The notes: generated by a model from the sequence alone, not told the origin. Counted from the stretch's first letter, positions 16,934-26,909 are shown. The stretch is 64,000 nucleotides of DNA from Acutalibacteraceae bacterium (GCA_045648765.1 JAZROQ010000003.1:2965-66964), one strand, 5' to 3'. Numbers and translations are program-made.

Positions 16934-17473
16934 TTATTTTTGCAAAAGCGCTGCTACTTTCAACACCAATGCTTGGGTTTTCCCATCGGGGATTTCCCCG
17001 TCAAGCACCATGCGTACCGCTTTGTCAAGCTCGATACGCTCAATTTGCAAAAATTCGTCTTCGTCGGGGTCGGTGTCACCAAACGATAACCCTGTCGCAA
17101 GGTACAACGTCAAAATTTCGTCGCAATACCCCGGTGCGGGATACAATTCTCCCAAAAACTGCACGTCTTGGGCAACTGCACCGGTTTCTTCGCGCAGTTC
17201 GCGAATGGCGGCAGAAAGTCGGTCTTCTTCTTTGCTGTCAAGCTTGCCTGCCGGCAACTCCAACAACACCTTGCCGTAGGGATGGCGGTATTGCCGCACA
17301 AACAACAACTCACGTTTGTCGGTCAGCGCCGCAATACAGACCCCGCCGTTGTGCTCAATCACTTCTCGTGTGGCGGTGTTTTCGTTGGGTAACCGCACCG
17401 TATCCACGCGCAAGTTCAAAATACGCCCCTCAAAATGCCGAACGGTAGAAAGGGTAGTTTCGTTTAAATTCAT
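16934..17473 (-). CDS. NUDIX hydrolase (ADP-ribose pyrophosphatase-like)
   Basis: The Nudix box is GKLDSKEEDRLSAAIRELREETG. I trimmed the start to the ATG at 17473, which has an AAGGAG RBS. Confidence 0.85.
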   Translation of the reverse strand: MNLNETTLSTVRHFEGRILNLRVDTVRLPNENTATREVIEHNGGVCIAALTDKRELLFVRQYRHPYGKVLLELPAGKLDSKEEDRLSAAIRELREETGAVAQDVQFLGELYPAPGYCDEILTLYLATGLSFGDTDPDEDEFLQIERIELDKAVRMVLDGEIPDGKTQALVLKVAALLQK

Positions 17474-17520
17474 AACACAGACTCCTTGCGAATAAGATAA
17501 GAAAAGATAGGGGGGATAAC

Positions 17521-18423
17521 ATGCCACGACTGATTAAACCGCAACCCATGGATTACGGTGCGGTGCGTGGCCTTTGCACCGCGCTTGGCAGTCGCTACCG
17601 TTTTTTACAAACTGTGCCGCTTGGGCAAAGTGTGTTGCACCGCACCATTGGTGCTCTTTCGCTCGGTGCGGGTGACGAAACAGTGTTGATAGCGGCGGCG
17701 TTTCACGCCCAAGAATGGATGACCGCGTTTGTGTGTTTGCGGCTATGCGAAGATTTGTGCGATGCCATTGCCCACCACCGCCCCTTGGCAGGGTGGAACG
17801 TGCGCCGCGCCTTGCGTGACCGCCGTGTTTTGTTTGTCCCTTTGGTAAACCCCGATGGGGTGGAAATTGCCTTGCACGGTTGTGACAGTGCAGGCAAGTT
17901 TTGCCAAGCGGTAAAAAGCTTGGGCGGCAACATTCCCCGCCGTTGGCAAGCCAACGTACGAGGTGTCGATCTTAATCATAATTTTAATGCAGGTTTCGGA
18001 AAATTGCAAGTCGAAGAACGAAAAAAAGGCATCAACGGTCCCTCTGCACGGCAGTGGGGCGGTCCATTTGCCGAAAGTGAGCCCGAAACAGGGGTGCTCA
18101 CTTCACTTTGTCGGCGCATACCGTTTCGACACGTGGTGGCATTGCATAGTCAAGGCGAGGAGATTTATTGGCAATACGGCGACAAAACACCACCCCATTC
18201 CTTGCTGATAGCACAGACGATGGCATCGGTTTCGGGGTATCGTGTGGCACACCCGACAGGGCTTGCTTCGCACGGCGGATTCAAAGATTGGTTCATAGAA
18301 ACGTTTGCGCGACCGGGGTTTACCATCGAACTGGGTTGCGGCGAAAACCCGTTACCGTTGTCGGAGTTTGAAAGTGTCTACCAAAAAGCACAAGAAATGT
18401 TGTTAATTTCGGCGTTTATATAA
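17521..18423 (+). CDS. M14 family gamma-D-glutamyl-(L)-meso-diaminopimelate peptidase-like carboxypeptidase
   Basis: AFHAQEWMT (HxxE zinc site), VPLVNPDGV, VDLNHNF, SEPET and ALHSQGEEIYW are M14 motifs. Confidence 0.8.
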   Translation: MPRLIKPQPMDYGAVRGLCTALGSRYRFLQTVPLGQSVLHRTIGALSLGAGDETVLIAAAFHAQEWMTAFVCLRLCEDLCDAIAHHRPLAGWNVRRALRDRRVLFVPLVNPDGVEIALHGCDSAGKFCQAVKSLGGNIPRRWQANVRGVDLNHNFNAGFGKLQVEERKKGINGPSARQWGGPFAESEPETGVLTSLCRRIPFRHVVALHSQGEEIYWQYGDKTPPHSLLIAQTMASVSGYRVAHPTGLASHGGFKDWFIETFARPGFTIELGCGENPLPLSEFESVYQKAQEMLLISAFI

Positions 18424-18494
18424 CATAATTCTTGAATTTTTCGAAGAAATATTGTATACTGTACCTTGGTTAGGCACAAAGGGGAGGGATTGGC

Positions 18495-18866
18495 GTGAAA
18501 CGGAGATTTCACCGCGCCGATGCGGTTGTGTTGGCGTTCACGGCAATCGCTGCCGTGTTGTGTTTGGTTTGGCTTATTTCTCCGCGTTCTTCCGGCACGC
18601 AGGTGGCGGTTGCCTCACCCGCAGGCGAGGCGCGATATTCGCTGTCTATCCCCGCACAATTTGTGGTGGCGGGTGCCGATGGACATACTGTCACTGTCAA
18701 AATCGAAAGAGGCCGCGTGCGCGTTGCGCAAAGCGATTGTCCTGACAAAGTGTGTGTCAACAGCGGTTGGCTTTCGCAATCCGGACAAGCTGCGGTGTGT
18801 GTTCCCGCTGCGGTAACGGTGCGGGTTGTGGGCGGCACTGCCGACATCGACGGGGTGACAGCATGA
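18495..18866 (+). CDS. NusG domain II-containing protein (DUF1312-like)
   Basis: GTG start with a GGGGAGGG RBS, then a TM anchor. VKIERGRVRVAQSDCPDKVCVNSGWLSQSGQAAVCVPAAV is characteristic of NusG_II. Confidence 0.7.
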   Translation: MKRRFHRADAVVLAFTAIAAVLCLVWLISPRSSGTQVAVASPAGEARYSLSIPAQFVVAGADGHTVTVKIERGRVRVAQSDCPDKVCVNSGWLSQSGQAAVCVPAAVTVRVVGGTADIDGVTA

Positions 18867-19360
18867 AAACAGCGGTCAAACAATGGACATTGGCAGGTGT
18901 TTTTTCTGCGTTGGCGGTGGCTTTGTCGGCGCTCGAAAGTATGTTGCCGCCTTTGCCAGTGGCGGGTGCCAAATTGGGCCTTGCCAATTTGGCGGTTATG
19001 GCGGCACTGCTTGCGGTTTCGTTGCCGTGTGCGGCGGGGGTTACCGCTGTCAAAATTGGTTTTGCGTTGTTTCGCGGTCCGCTTGCTTTTGCCATGAGCG
19101 CCGCAGGCAGTGTGCTTTCGTTGGTGGCCATGGCGGTTGTTTACCGCCTGTGTCGGGACAAGCTTTCGTGTTTAAGCTTGGGTCTTGTCGGCGCCGTGAT
19201 GCACAATGCAGGGCAATGGATCATGGCATACGTACTGCTTGGCAAAGCCATGGTGTACTATGCACCGCTTCTGTTTTTAATGTCGATACCGGCAGGCTTG
19301 TTAACCGGTCTTACCGTATCGCTTCTCAAACCATATCTGGAAAACATAACGAAAGGATGA
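18863..19360 (+). CDS. Gx transporter family protein (Hpre_diP_synt_I-like membrane protein)
   Basis: ATGA overlap with the upstream gene. Small polytopic protein containing KLGLANLAVM...AGSVLSLVAM...GAVMHNAGQW. Confidence 0.65.
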   Translation: MKTAVKQWTLAGVFSALAVALSALESMLPPLPVAGAKLGLANLAVMAALLAVSLPCAAGVTAVKIGFALFRGPLAFAMSAAGSVLSLVAMAVVYRLCRDKLSCLSLGLVGAVMHNAGQWIMAYVLLGKAMVYYAPLLFLMSIPAGLLTGLTVSLLKPYLENITKG

Positions 19361-20685
19361 GTATGTTGTTTTCTGCGTTGATTCACAAACCGCGCGGCGG
19401 TGTTCATCCGCCGCACCGCAAACATACTGCCGAATGTGAAACCGTGGTAATGCCCACCCCCGAAAAGGTGCTCATTGCCATGTCACAGCATTTGGGCGCG
19501 CCGTGTATTCCCACCGTTAAGGTAGGGGACACGGTCGAAGTCGGTCAAATTGTCGGCGATAGCGAAGCACCGCTTTCCGCACCGATTCACAGCAGTGTTT
19601 CGGGCACGGTAACGGGGCTTAAAGAATTGTTGTTACCTGCCGGTCGCACCACCATGGCATTGGAAATTACGTCGGACGGTGAAAACCGTGTGCACAGCAG
19701 TGTGGTACCGCCGCAAGTCAACACGTACGAAGAATTTATCGCCGCGGTGCGCGCTTCGGGCTTGGTTGGTCTTGGCGGTGCGGGTTTCCCCACACACATC
19801 AAACTCAACCCCAAAAACCGCGATGCCATCGACACCGTCATTATCAACGCGGCAGAATGCGAACCGTATATCACCACCGACTACCGCGAATGTATGGAAA
19901 ATTCGTGGGATATCGTGTCGGGTGTGCATACGGTTATGGAATTTTTGGGCGCTGCGCGGGTGCTCATTGCGGTCGAACGCAACAAACCCGCCGCCATTGC
20001 CGAACTTTCGCGCATTGCGGCTTCGGTCAGCACGCCCACCCGCAAAGTAACGGTCAAACCGCTTCCCACACGGTATCCGCAAGGCGCCGAAAAGGTGCTG
20101 ATTGCGGCGTGTACCGGTCGTCGCGTGCCGGAGGGCGGGCTTCCTTCCGATGTAGGTTGCGTGGTAATGAACGTCACGTCGGTTTCGGTGCTTTCCCGCT
20201 ATTTAAAAACCGGTATGCCGCTGGTTACCAAACGCATTACGGTGGACGGTTCGGCGGTGGAAAAACCGCAAAACCTGCAAGTGGTGTTGGGAACACCCAT
20301 CCGCGATATTTTGGAATTTGTCGGGCTTAAAAAACCGGTCCGCAAACTCTTGTTTGGCGGTCCCATGATGGGCCTTGCCCTGATGAACGATGAACTGCCT
20401 TTGCTCAAACAAAACAACGCCATTTTGGCATTGGCAGAAGAAGACGTGGTCGAAATCCCCGCTTCGACGTGCATTCGTTGCGGTCGGTGCGTAGACGTGT
20501 GTCCCATGCAACTGCTTCCCACGTCGATTACCAAAGCATACTACGCCGGCAATCTGGAAGAACTCAAACGTCTGTCCACCATGACGTGCATGGAATGTGG
20601 CAGTTGCTCGTTCTCGTGTCCCGCGCATCGTCCGATCTTGCAAACCATTCGCATGGCAAAAGATATTTTGCGGGCGGCGAAATAG
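19357..20685 (+). CDS. rnfC: Rnf complex subunit C
   Basis: GGVHPPHRK..., GLGGAGFPTHIKL, and two 4Fe-4S motifs (CIRCGRCVDVCP and CMECGSCSFSCP). ATGA overlap with the Gx gene. An alternative ATG lies at 19363. Confidence 0.92.
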   Translation: MSMLFSALIHKPRGGVHPPHRKHTAECETVVMPTPEKVLIAMSQHLGAPCIPTVKVGDTVEVGQIVGDSEAPLSAPIHSSVSGTVTGLKELLLPAGRTTMALEITSDGENRVHSSVVPPQVNTYEEFIAAVRASGLVGLGGAGFPTHIKLNPKNRDAIDTVIINAAECEPYITTDYRECMENSWDIVSGVHTVMEFLGAARVLIAVERNKPAAIAELSRIAASVSTPTRKVTVKPLPTRYPQGAEKVLIAACTGRRVPEGGLPSDVGCVVMNVTSVSVLSRYLKTGMPLVTKRITVDGSAVEKPQNLQVVLGTPIRDILEFVGLKKPVRKLLFGGPMMGLALMNDELPLLKQNNAILALAEEDVVEIPASTCIRCGRCVDVCPMQLLPTSITKAYYAGNLEELKRLSTMTCMECGSCSFSCPAHRPILQTIRMAKDILRAAK

Positions 20686-20696
20686 GAGGGTTAACA

Positions 20697-21647
20697 ATGG
20701 AAAAACAACCGTTATTGGTTTCCTCATCTCCGCACCTGCACTGCGGTATGAACACGCGCGATATCATGCGCGACGTTGTCATTGCACTGATTCCCGCTTT
20801 GGTGGCTTCGGTGTGGTTGTTCGGTTTTCGTGCACTTGCGGTGCAAATCGTTTGTGTCGGCGCCGCTATGGCGTCGGAATATGTCAGCCGCCTTGTCATG
20901 AAACGTCCCCAAACAGTGGGCGACCTTTCGTGTGTCGTGACAGGTCTGTTGCTCAGCTTTAACCTGCCTGTCACCATTCCGCTGTGGCAAGCCGCCCTTG
21001 GCAGCATTGCCGCTATTGTGGTTGCCAAGCAAATGTTTGGCGGCTTGGGTCAAAACTTTGTCAATCCCGCGCTTGTTGGACGTATCGTGCTGATGGGCAG
21101 CTTCCCTGCCGAAATGAACGACTGGGTAGTTCCGCTTTCGTGGCTTGGCAAAACCGATGCTGTTACCGGTGCCACACCGCTTGCCTTGTTGGCAGATGGT
21201 GCCGCCACCGATATCGACCCGTTACAACTGTTGTTTGGGTTGCGCGGCGGTTGCTTGGGCGAAACGTGCGTTGCCGCGTTGTTGCTTGGCGGCATTTACT
21301 TAATCGCGCGCCACATTATCAGCCCTCTCATTCCCGTAACGTATCTTGCAACGGTGTTTGTGCTCACGTGGTTGCTTGGTTCCAATCCGGTCGTTCACGT
21401 GCTTTCGGGCGGTTTGGTAATTGGTGCGGTGTTCATGGCAACCGACTATGCCACGTGCCCCATCAACAAACTAGGCAAATTTGTTTATGCCATCGGTTGC
21501 GGTCTTATCACCGTGCTGATTCGGTTGTACGGCTCGTTGCCCGAAGGGGTATCGTTTGCCATTGTCATTATGAACATCTTAACGCCTCTGATTGAAAAAG
21601 TGACGCATCCGCGTCCGTTTGGCAGCAAAAAGGCGGTGCGCTCATGA
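20697..21647 (+). CDS. rnfD: Rnf complex subunit D
   Basis: SSSPHLH...MRDVVIALIPA...GAVFMATDYATCP. GGAGGG RBS. Confidence 0.92.
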   Translation: MEKQPLLVSSSPHLHCGMNTRDIMRDVVIALIPALVASVWLFGFRALAVQIVCVGAAMASEYVSRLVMKRPQTVGDLSCVVTGLLLSFNLPVTIPLWQAALGSIAAIVVAKQMFGGLGQNFVNPALVGRIVLMGSFPAEMNDWVVPLSWLGKTDAVTGATPLALLADGAATDIDPLQLLFGLRGGCLGETCVAALLLGGIYLIARHIISPLIPVTYLATVFVLTWLLGSNPVVHVLSGGLVIGAVFMATDYATCPINKLGKFVYAIGCGLITVLIRLYGSLPEGVSFAIVIMNILTPLIEKVTHPRPFGSKKAVRS

Positions 21648-22186
21648 AACGGTTAAAAGAAATTTTGGTTTGCGCTTTGGCGCTTATGCTTATCAGCGGG
21701 GTTGTCACCGCCGCCTTGGCGGGCACCAATGCCCTGACCAAAGGTGAAATCCAACGCCAAAACGACGAAATTGCCACTGCGGCACGGCTGGAAGTAATGA
21801 AAGCCGACTCGTTTGAAAAAGCCACCGTAACGGTAAGCGGCGAAAAAACGGAATATTACAAAGCCGTTTCCAACGGAGCGGTCACAGGCTACGTTTTCAC
21901 CGCACAATCGGCGGGAAAAAGCGCAGGACTTACCGTAATGACCGGCATTTCCAAAGACGGCAAAATCACCGGTGTCAAGGTGACAGAGCAAAACGAAACC
22001 GCCGGTTATGTCGACAAAGTTATCAAAGCGGGTTTTCTCCAATCGTTTGAGGGTCAACCCGCAGTCGAACTCAAACTCGGCAGTCAAGTCGATGCGGTTT
22101 CCCAAGCCACTAAAACCTCGTCGGGTATTTGCAAAGCCGTCAACAAAGCCATTGCGGCTTACCAAGCAGTAAAGGAGGGTGCCTGA
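21644..22186 (+). CDS. rnfG: Rnf complex subunit G (FMN-binding)
   Basis: ATGA overlap with rnfD, a TM anchor, and an FMN_bind region with DAVSQATKTS (flavinylation Thr context). Confidence 0.9.
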   Translation: MKRLKEILVCALALMLISGVVTAALAGTNALTKGEIQRQNDEIATAARLEVMKADSFEKATVTVSGEKTEYYKAVSNGAVTGYVFTAQSAGKSAGLTVMTGISKDGKITGVKVTEQNETAGYVDKVIKAGFLQSFEGQPAVELKLGSQVDAVSQATKTSSGICKAVNKAIAAYQAVKEGA

Positions 22187-22187
22187 A

Positions 22188-22871
22188 ATGAGTAACGCCT
22201 ACTGGAACGCCTTTTCCAAAGGCATCATCAAAGAAAACCCCACCTTCCGTTTGGTGCTGGGCACCTGCCCGACACTGGCAGTCACCACCGCCGCCTTCAA
22301 CGGTTTGGGCATGGGTGCGGCGGCATCGTTTGTGCTGATTTGTTCCAACATCGTTATTTCGCTGTTGCGCAAAGTCATTCCGAGCAAAGTGCGCTTGCCC
22401 GCCTACATTGTTATCATTGCCGGGTTTACCACCATGGTACAAATGCTGGTCAAAGCGTACTTGCCCGCCATTGACAAATCGCTCGGTATCTACTTACCGC
22501 TCATCGTGGTAAACTGCATTATTCTCGGTCGTGCCGAAGCATTTGCGGGTAAGAACTCGGTGGGACTTTCCGCGCTTGACGGACTGGGTATGGGCGTCGG
22601 TTTTACCGCTGCGCTGGTTATCATGGGCGGCATCCGCGAATTTTTGGGCAACGGCACCATCTTTGGTTGGCCCGAGGGCGGTCTTATTCCTGCCATTACC
22701 GTGTTTGTGCTACCTGCAGGCGGGTTTTTCGTGTTTGGTATGCTCATTTGGCTAACCAACAAGCTCTCGCAACGACTCGACGAAAACGCCACGCGCAAAG
22801 AACTCACCGCGTGCGCGGGATGCCCCATGGCTTCCCACTGCTCCAAAGAGGAGGGTGCCTGCCATGAATAA
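22188..22871 (+). CDS. rnfE: Rnf complex subunit E
   Basis: IIKENPTFRLVLGTCPTLAVT...IYLPLIVVNCIILGRAEAFA. Confidence 0.92.
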   Translation: MSNAYWNAFSKGIIKENPTFRLVLGTCPTLAVTTAAFNGLGMGAAASFVLICSNIVISLLRKVIPSKVRLPAYIVIIAGFTTMVQMLVKAYLPAIDKSLGIYLPLIVVNCIILGRAEAFAGKNSVGLSALDGLGMGVGFTAALVIMGGIREFLGNGTIFGWPEGGLIPAITVFVLPAGGFFVFGMLIWLTNKLSQRLDENATRKELTACAGCPMASHCSKEEGACHE

Positions 22872-23451
22872 TACAAGTTTCTTTGCCATTCTCATTGGCG
22901 GGTTGCTCGTTAACAACTTTGTGTTGTCGCAGTTTTTGGGAATTTGCCCGTTTTTGGGTGTTTCCAAAAAACTCGGTTCCGCTGTCGGTATGTCGGTGGC
23001 GGTCATTGTGGTTATGCTCATGGCAACCGCGGCAACGTATCCGCTATATCATTTTGTGCTCGAACCGAACGACCTGTCGTATTTGCAAACCATTGTGTTC
23101 ATTTTGATTATTGCGGCGCTTGTGCAGTTGGTCGAAATTGTGTTGCGTCGATTTGTGCCGCCGCTGTATAACGCGCTGGGCATTTATTTGCCGCTCATCA
23201 CCACCAACTGCGCGGTGCTCGGTGTAACCATTCTCAACATCGACAGCGGCTACACGTTCGCGCAATCCATCGTCAACGCGCTGGGCGCAGGTCTTGGCTT
23301 TTTACTCGCCATGGTGATGTTTGCCGGCGTGCGGGAACGGTTGGAAAGCGCCGAAGTTCCCGAAGGTTTAAAAGGATTGCCCATCACCTTGGTGGCGGCA
23401 TCCATCGTTTCGGTTTCCTTCCTTGGTTTCCAAGGACTGTTCGGATTATAA
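22864..23451 (+). CDS. rnfA: Rnf complex subunit A
   Basis: NNFVLSQFLGICPFLGVSKK...IYLPLITTNCAVLG. It overlaps rnfE by 8 nt. Confidence 0.92.
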   Translation: MNNTSFFAILIGGLLVNNFVLSQFLGICPFLGVSKKLGSAVGMSVAVIVVMLMATAATYPLYHFVLEPNDLSYLQTIVFILIIAALVQLVEIVLRRFVPPLYNALGIYLPLITTNCAVLGVTILNIDSGYTFAQSIVNALGAGLGFLLAMVMFAGVRERLESAEVPEGLKGLPITLVAASIVSVSFLGFQGLFGL

Positions 23452-23463
23452 GGAGGAAGGAAT

Positions 23464-24252
23464 ATGAATCCCATTTTATTAGCAGTCCTGCTGTTGGCAG
23501 GTTTGGGTTTGTTTGCCGGTCTTATTTTGGCGGTAGCCTCGGTGCTGATGGCTGTTCCCAAAGACGAGCGGGTAGAAGCCGTGCGCGATTTGCTTCCCGG
23601 CGCCAACTGCGGCGCGTGCGGGTATTCAGGTTGCGACGGCTATGCCGAAGCGTTGGTCAAAGGCGAAGCGGCAGTCGGCTTGTGTTCGCCCGGCGGCACG
23701 GCAGTTGCCGAAGCCACGGGGAATTTGCTTGGCACTTCGGGCGACGTGGTGCGCCAAACCGCCGTGGTGCATTGCGGCGGTTGCAAAGAATTCACCACCT
23801 GCAAACTCGATTATCACGGCATCCAATCGTGCCGCGCGGCAACGCAGTTTTTCGGCGGTGACCGTTTGTGCTCATACGGTTGCTTGGGCTATGGCGATTG
23901 TGCTTCGGCTTGTGAATATGGTGCCATCACCATCAAAGACGGTCTGGCGCGTATCGACGGCACGCTTTGTCGCGGTTGCACCAAATGTGCCGCTGCTTGT
24001 CCCAAAAAACTCATTGTCATGCACAACAGCGCACACCGCGCGGTGGTGCGTTGCTCCAACCACGACAAAGCCGCCAAAACACGTGCAGCGTGCAAAGTGG
24101 GTTGCCTTGGTTGCGGCAAATGCCAAAAAGTGTGCGAACACGACGCTGTTCGCCTTGTCAACAACGCCGCCATTATCGACGGCGAAAAATGTGTCGGTTG
24201 CGGCAAATGCGCCGAAGCATGTCCGGTACATTGTATTGCCATATACGAATAA
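23464..24252 (+). CDS. rnfB: Rnf complex subunit B (polyferredoxin)
   Basis: TM anchor, the CGACGYSGCDGYA motif and several CxxCxxCxxxCP clusters. Confidence 0.92.
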   Translation: MNPILLAVLLLAGLGLFAGLILAVASVLMAVPKDERVEAVRDLLPGANCGACGYSGCDGYAEALVKGEAAVGLCSPGGTAVAEATGNLLGTSGDVVRQTAVVHCGGCKEFTTCKLDYHGIQSCRAATQFFGGDRLCSYGCLGYGDCASACEYGAITIKDGLARIDGTLCRGCTKCAAACPKKLIVMHNSAHRAVVRCSNHDKAAKTRAACKVGCLGCGKCQKVCEHDAVRLVNNAAIIDGEKCVGCGKCAEACPVHCIAIYE

Positions 24253-24261
24253 TCTAAAAAC

Positions 24262-24309
24262 AAAAAAGACCGAGGAAACGCTTGGCGAAATTTCCTCGGT
24301 CTTTTTTTG
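24262..24309. terminator. Bidirectional terminator after rnfB and the HMA gene
   Basis: AAGACCGAGGAAA...TTTCCTCGGTCTT hairpin with flanking A-run and T-run. Confidence 0.75.
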
Positions 24310-24317
24310 TTGCTGTT

Positions 24318-24536
24318 TTATACTACCGAAAACCCTGCCTGTGCCAACGCTTGTGTTATGGTATCTACCGTTGTCTTTTTCGGCGAAAACGAAACTTGCG
24401 CTACTGCTAAACGGTGATTGACGGTGGCAGATTTCACGCCGTCTACTTGTTTAAGTGCTTTGGTGGCAGCGTGTCCGGTGGCGGCGTCGTGCACACCCGA
24501 TAACGTCATGGTAATCGATTCGGTTTTCGAAAACAT
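24318..24536 (-). CDS. HMA-fold (heavy-metal-associated-like) small protein lacking the CxxC motif
   Basis: 72 aa with an AGGAG RBS. The beta-alpha-beta-beta-alpha-beta spacing resembles CopZ (..MTLSGV....ATKALKQVDGVKSATVN...VSF....TVDTITQALAQAGF), but GVHDAATGHA replaces GMTCxxC. There is no Cys in the protein. Confidence 0.5.
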   Translation of the reverse strand: MFSKTESITMTLSGVHDAATGHAATKALKQVDGVKSATVNHRLAVAQVSFSPKKTTVDTITQALAQAGFSVV

Positions 24537-24582
24537 TTGCGGTCACTCCTATCAAGCAATAGAGTGTCCGAAAAAATTTTAA

Positions 24583-25977
24583 TTATGCGCGGTGCCATTT
24601 CATGCCTTGGGGCGTATCTTCCACCACAATACCCATGGCTTTGAGCTCGTCGCGGATACGGTCGGATTCTGCCCAGTTTTTCTCGGCGCGCGCTTTGCGG
24701 CGCATCTCAACCATTTCTTCGATTTGGGCATCGTCGCCGTCGTTTTGGCGGCTGTACAAAAGCCCCAACACGTCGGCAAACTCATTAAACAAACCGAGTG
24801 CCAGTTCGCAGCTGCCTTTGGTGACGTTGCCGTTTGCAATCATAATGTTGCAATCTTTGGCAAGTTCAAACCACGCGGCAATGCCGTCGGCGGTGTTCAA
24901 ATCGTCATCCATGGCGGTAATAAACTGTTCGCGGCGGGCATCACAAAACGCTTTTACCGCTTCGTCGGCTTCGCCGTCGGCAGCGTTTTTAAGCGCAAAT
25001 TCCAAACCGTCGCGGCAGTTGTAAAGTCGTGTGAGCGCGGCTTTGCCTTGCTCAATGCTTTCGTGGTTGTAGTTGATGGGGCTGCGGTACGAGGAGGAAA
25101 TGAGGAAGAATCGAATCGGCTCATATCCAAATTGTTCGGCAACGTCGCGCACCGTAAAGAAGTTACCAAGCGATTTCGACATTTTTTTGTTGTCGACATT
25201 GATGTAACCGTTGTGCATCCAATACCGCGCAAACGGCACACCGTTGCAGCATTCGCTTTGTGCCACTTCGTTTTCGTGGTGCGGGAAAATCAAATCTTGA
25301 CCGCCGCAGTGAATGTCAATGGACTCGCCCAAATACCGACGCGCCATGGCAGAACATTCGATGTGCCAACCGGGACGACCGTCACTCCACGGCGAATCCC
25401 ACGCGGGTTCACCGGGTTTGGCGGCTTTCCACAATGCAAAGTCAAGCGCATCTTCTTTTTCTTCGCCCACGCCGATACGTGCGCCCGATTCCAAATCGTC
25501 AATCGGTTGGTGCGACAGTTTGCCGTATTCAGCATCGCGGCGGGTGCGGAAATACACGTCACCGTTGTCGGCGCGATAGGCAAAGCCTTTTTCTTCAAGC
25601 GTGCGCACAATGTCGATGATCTCGTCAATGTTTTCGGTTGCTTTGGGATGTACCGTGGCTTCGCGCACACCTAACCCCGCAGCATCTACACGGAATTCGT
25701 CGATATACCGCTTGGCAATCACGTCGTACGTCACGCCTTCTTCGTTGGCGCGACGGATAATTTTGTCGTCAATATCGGTAAAGTTTTGCACAAATTTCAC
25801 CGTATAGCCGCGCCATTCCAAATAACGGCGCAACACGTCAAACACACAAAGCGGACGCGCGTTGCCAATGTGAATGTAGTTGTAAACCGTCGGACCGCAC
25901 GCATAAATGCGCACCACACCCGGTTCCAGCGTCACCAAATCTTGCTTTTGTCGCGCCATGGTATTATAAATTTTCAT
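24583..25977 (-). CDS. cysS: Cysteine--tRNA ligase
   Basis: [11 protein letters not shown]...[18 protein letters not shown] (HIGH) and KMSKSLGN (KMSKS). I trimmed the start to the ATG at 25977. Confidence 0.95.
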   Translation of the reverse strand: MKIYNTMARQKQDLVTLEPGVVRIYACGPTVYNYIHIGNARPLCVFDVLRRYLEWRGYTVKFVQNFTDIDDKIIRRANEEGVTYDVIAKRYIDEFRVDAAGLGVREATVHPKATENIDEIIDIVRTLEEKGFAYRADNGDVYFRTRRDAEYGKLSHQPIDDLESGARIGVGEEKEDALDFALWKAAKPGEPAWDSPWSDGRPGWHIECSAMARRYLGESIDIHCGGQDLIFPHHENEVAQSECCNGVPFARYWMHNGYINVDNKKMSKSLGNFFTVRDVAEQFGYEPIRFFLISSSYRSPINYNHESIEQGKAALTRLYNCRDGLEFALKNAADGEADEAVKAFCDARREQFITAMDDDLNTADGIAAWFELAKDCNIMIANGNVTKGSCELALGLFNEFADVLGLLYSRQNDGDDAQIEEMVEMRRKARAEKNWAESDRIRDELKAMGIVVEDTPQGMKWHRA

Positions 25978-26605
25978 TGTCGGTACCTCCCACTTGTTTT
26001 TCAAGTTCTTTAATGCGTTTTTCCAAACGCTGTATTTCTGCAGTGATGGGGTCGGGGATATGCACTTGGTCAAGTTCCGCCACCTTTTCGCCCTTGCGGC
26101 GTACCACGCGGGCGGGCACACCCACTGCGGTGGAATGCGAGGGAATATCTTGCAACACCACGGCACCTGCCGCAATGCGCACGTCGTCACCAATGGTGAT
26201 AGGTCCCAGCACCTTGGCACCCGCACCCACCATCACATGATCGCCCAAGGTAGGGTGGCGTTTGCCTTTGTCTTTGCCCGTACCGCCCAAGGTGACACCC
26301 TGATACAACGTGCAATCGTCACCAATAACGGTGGTTTCACCAATCACCACACCGGTGCCGTGGTCAATAAACAACCGTCTGCCGATGTTGGCGGCGGGGT
26401 GAATTTCAATATTGGTGCGGTTGGATGACCGCCACGAAATTTGCCGCGCAATAAACTTAAACCCATGGCGGTAAAACCAGTTGGCAAGACGGTGCGACCG
26501 CACGGCTTTGAACCCGTTGTATAACAGCAGCACTTCCCAAACGGAGCGCGCGGCGGGGTCGCGTTCGCGCACCACGGCAATATCTTCACGCAATCGTTTA
26601 AACAA
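25964..26605 (-). CDS. cysE: Serine O-acetyltransferase
   Basis: The hexapeptide-repeat core is [41 protein letters not shown]. The likely TTG start at 26605 is 7 nt after AGGAGG. The gene overlaps cysS by 14 nt. Confidence 0.88.
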   Translation of the reverse strand: MFKRLREDIAVVRERDPAARSVWEVLLLYNGFKAVRSHRLANWFYRHGFKFIARQISWRSSNRTNIEIHPAANIGRRLFIDHGTGVVIGETTVIGDDCTLYQGVTLGGTGKDKGKRHPTLGDHVMVGAGAKVLGPITIGDDVRIAAGAVVLQDIPSHSTAVGVPARVVRRKGEKVAELDQVHIPDPITAEIQRLEKRIKELEKQVGGTDNENL

Positions 26606-26875
26606 AAGGACACCTCCTAAAAAGCAAAAAACCTTCGTCACCTCAAAAGGCAACGAAGGTGCAAAACACGGTTCCACTTCGACTTTCACTCAAAAACCAT
26701 TTAACGGTGGTGGGCCGGACAAGGATACTAAAAAATTTTTGTTCCCCTTGTCTGCTCGCGGAGGCATTTCGCCGTGGGTTTGCCAAGGCGGCTTGCAGCC
26801 GACGACCGCCTCTCTCTGGTGCAAAAGAACACAGGTACTTCTTCCGTTCAACGCAGTTATTTTGTAGTTACTATT
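26606..26875 (-). promoter_or_regulatory. T-box leader (probably Cys-specific) controlling cysE-cysS
   Basis: On the minus strand I read the AGAGAG and AGTA elements, a candidate specifier GAAA-UGC-C (the UGC is GCA on the plus strand at 26764-26766), a T-box core GAAGUGGAACCGUG (around 26665-26680) and the terminator ACCUUCGU...ACGAAGGU followed by U6 (26626-26661). A TGcTATAAT extended -10 lies at 26879-26887. Confidence 0.75.
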
Positions 26876-26909
26876 GTTATTATAGCAGATTTTTTCAAAA
26901 AATCTACCC

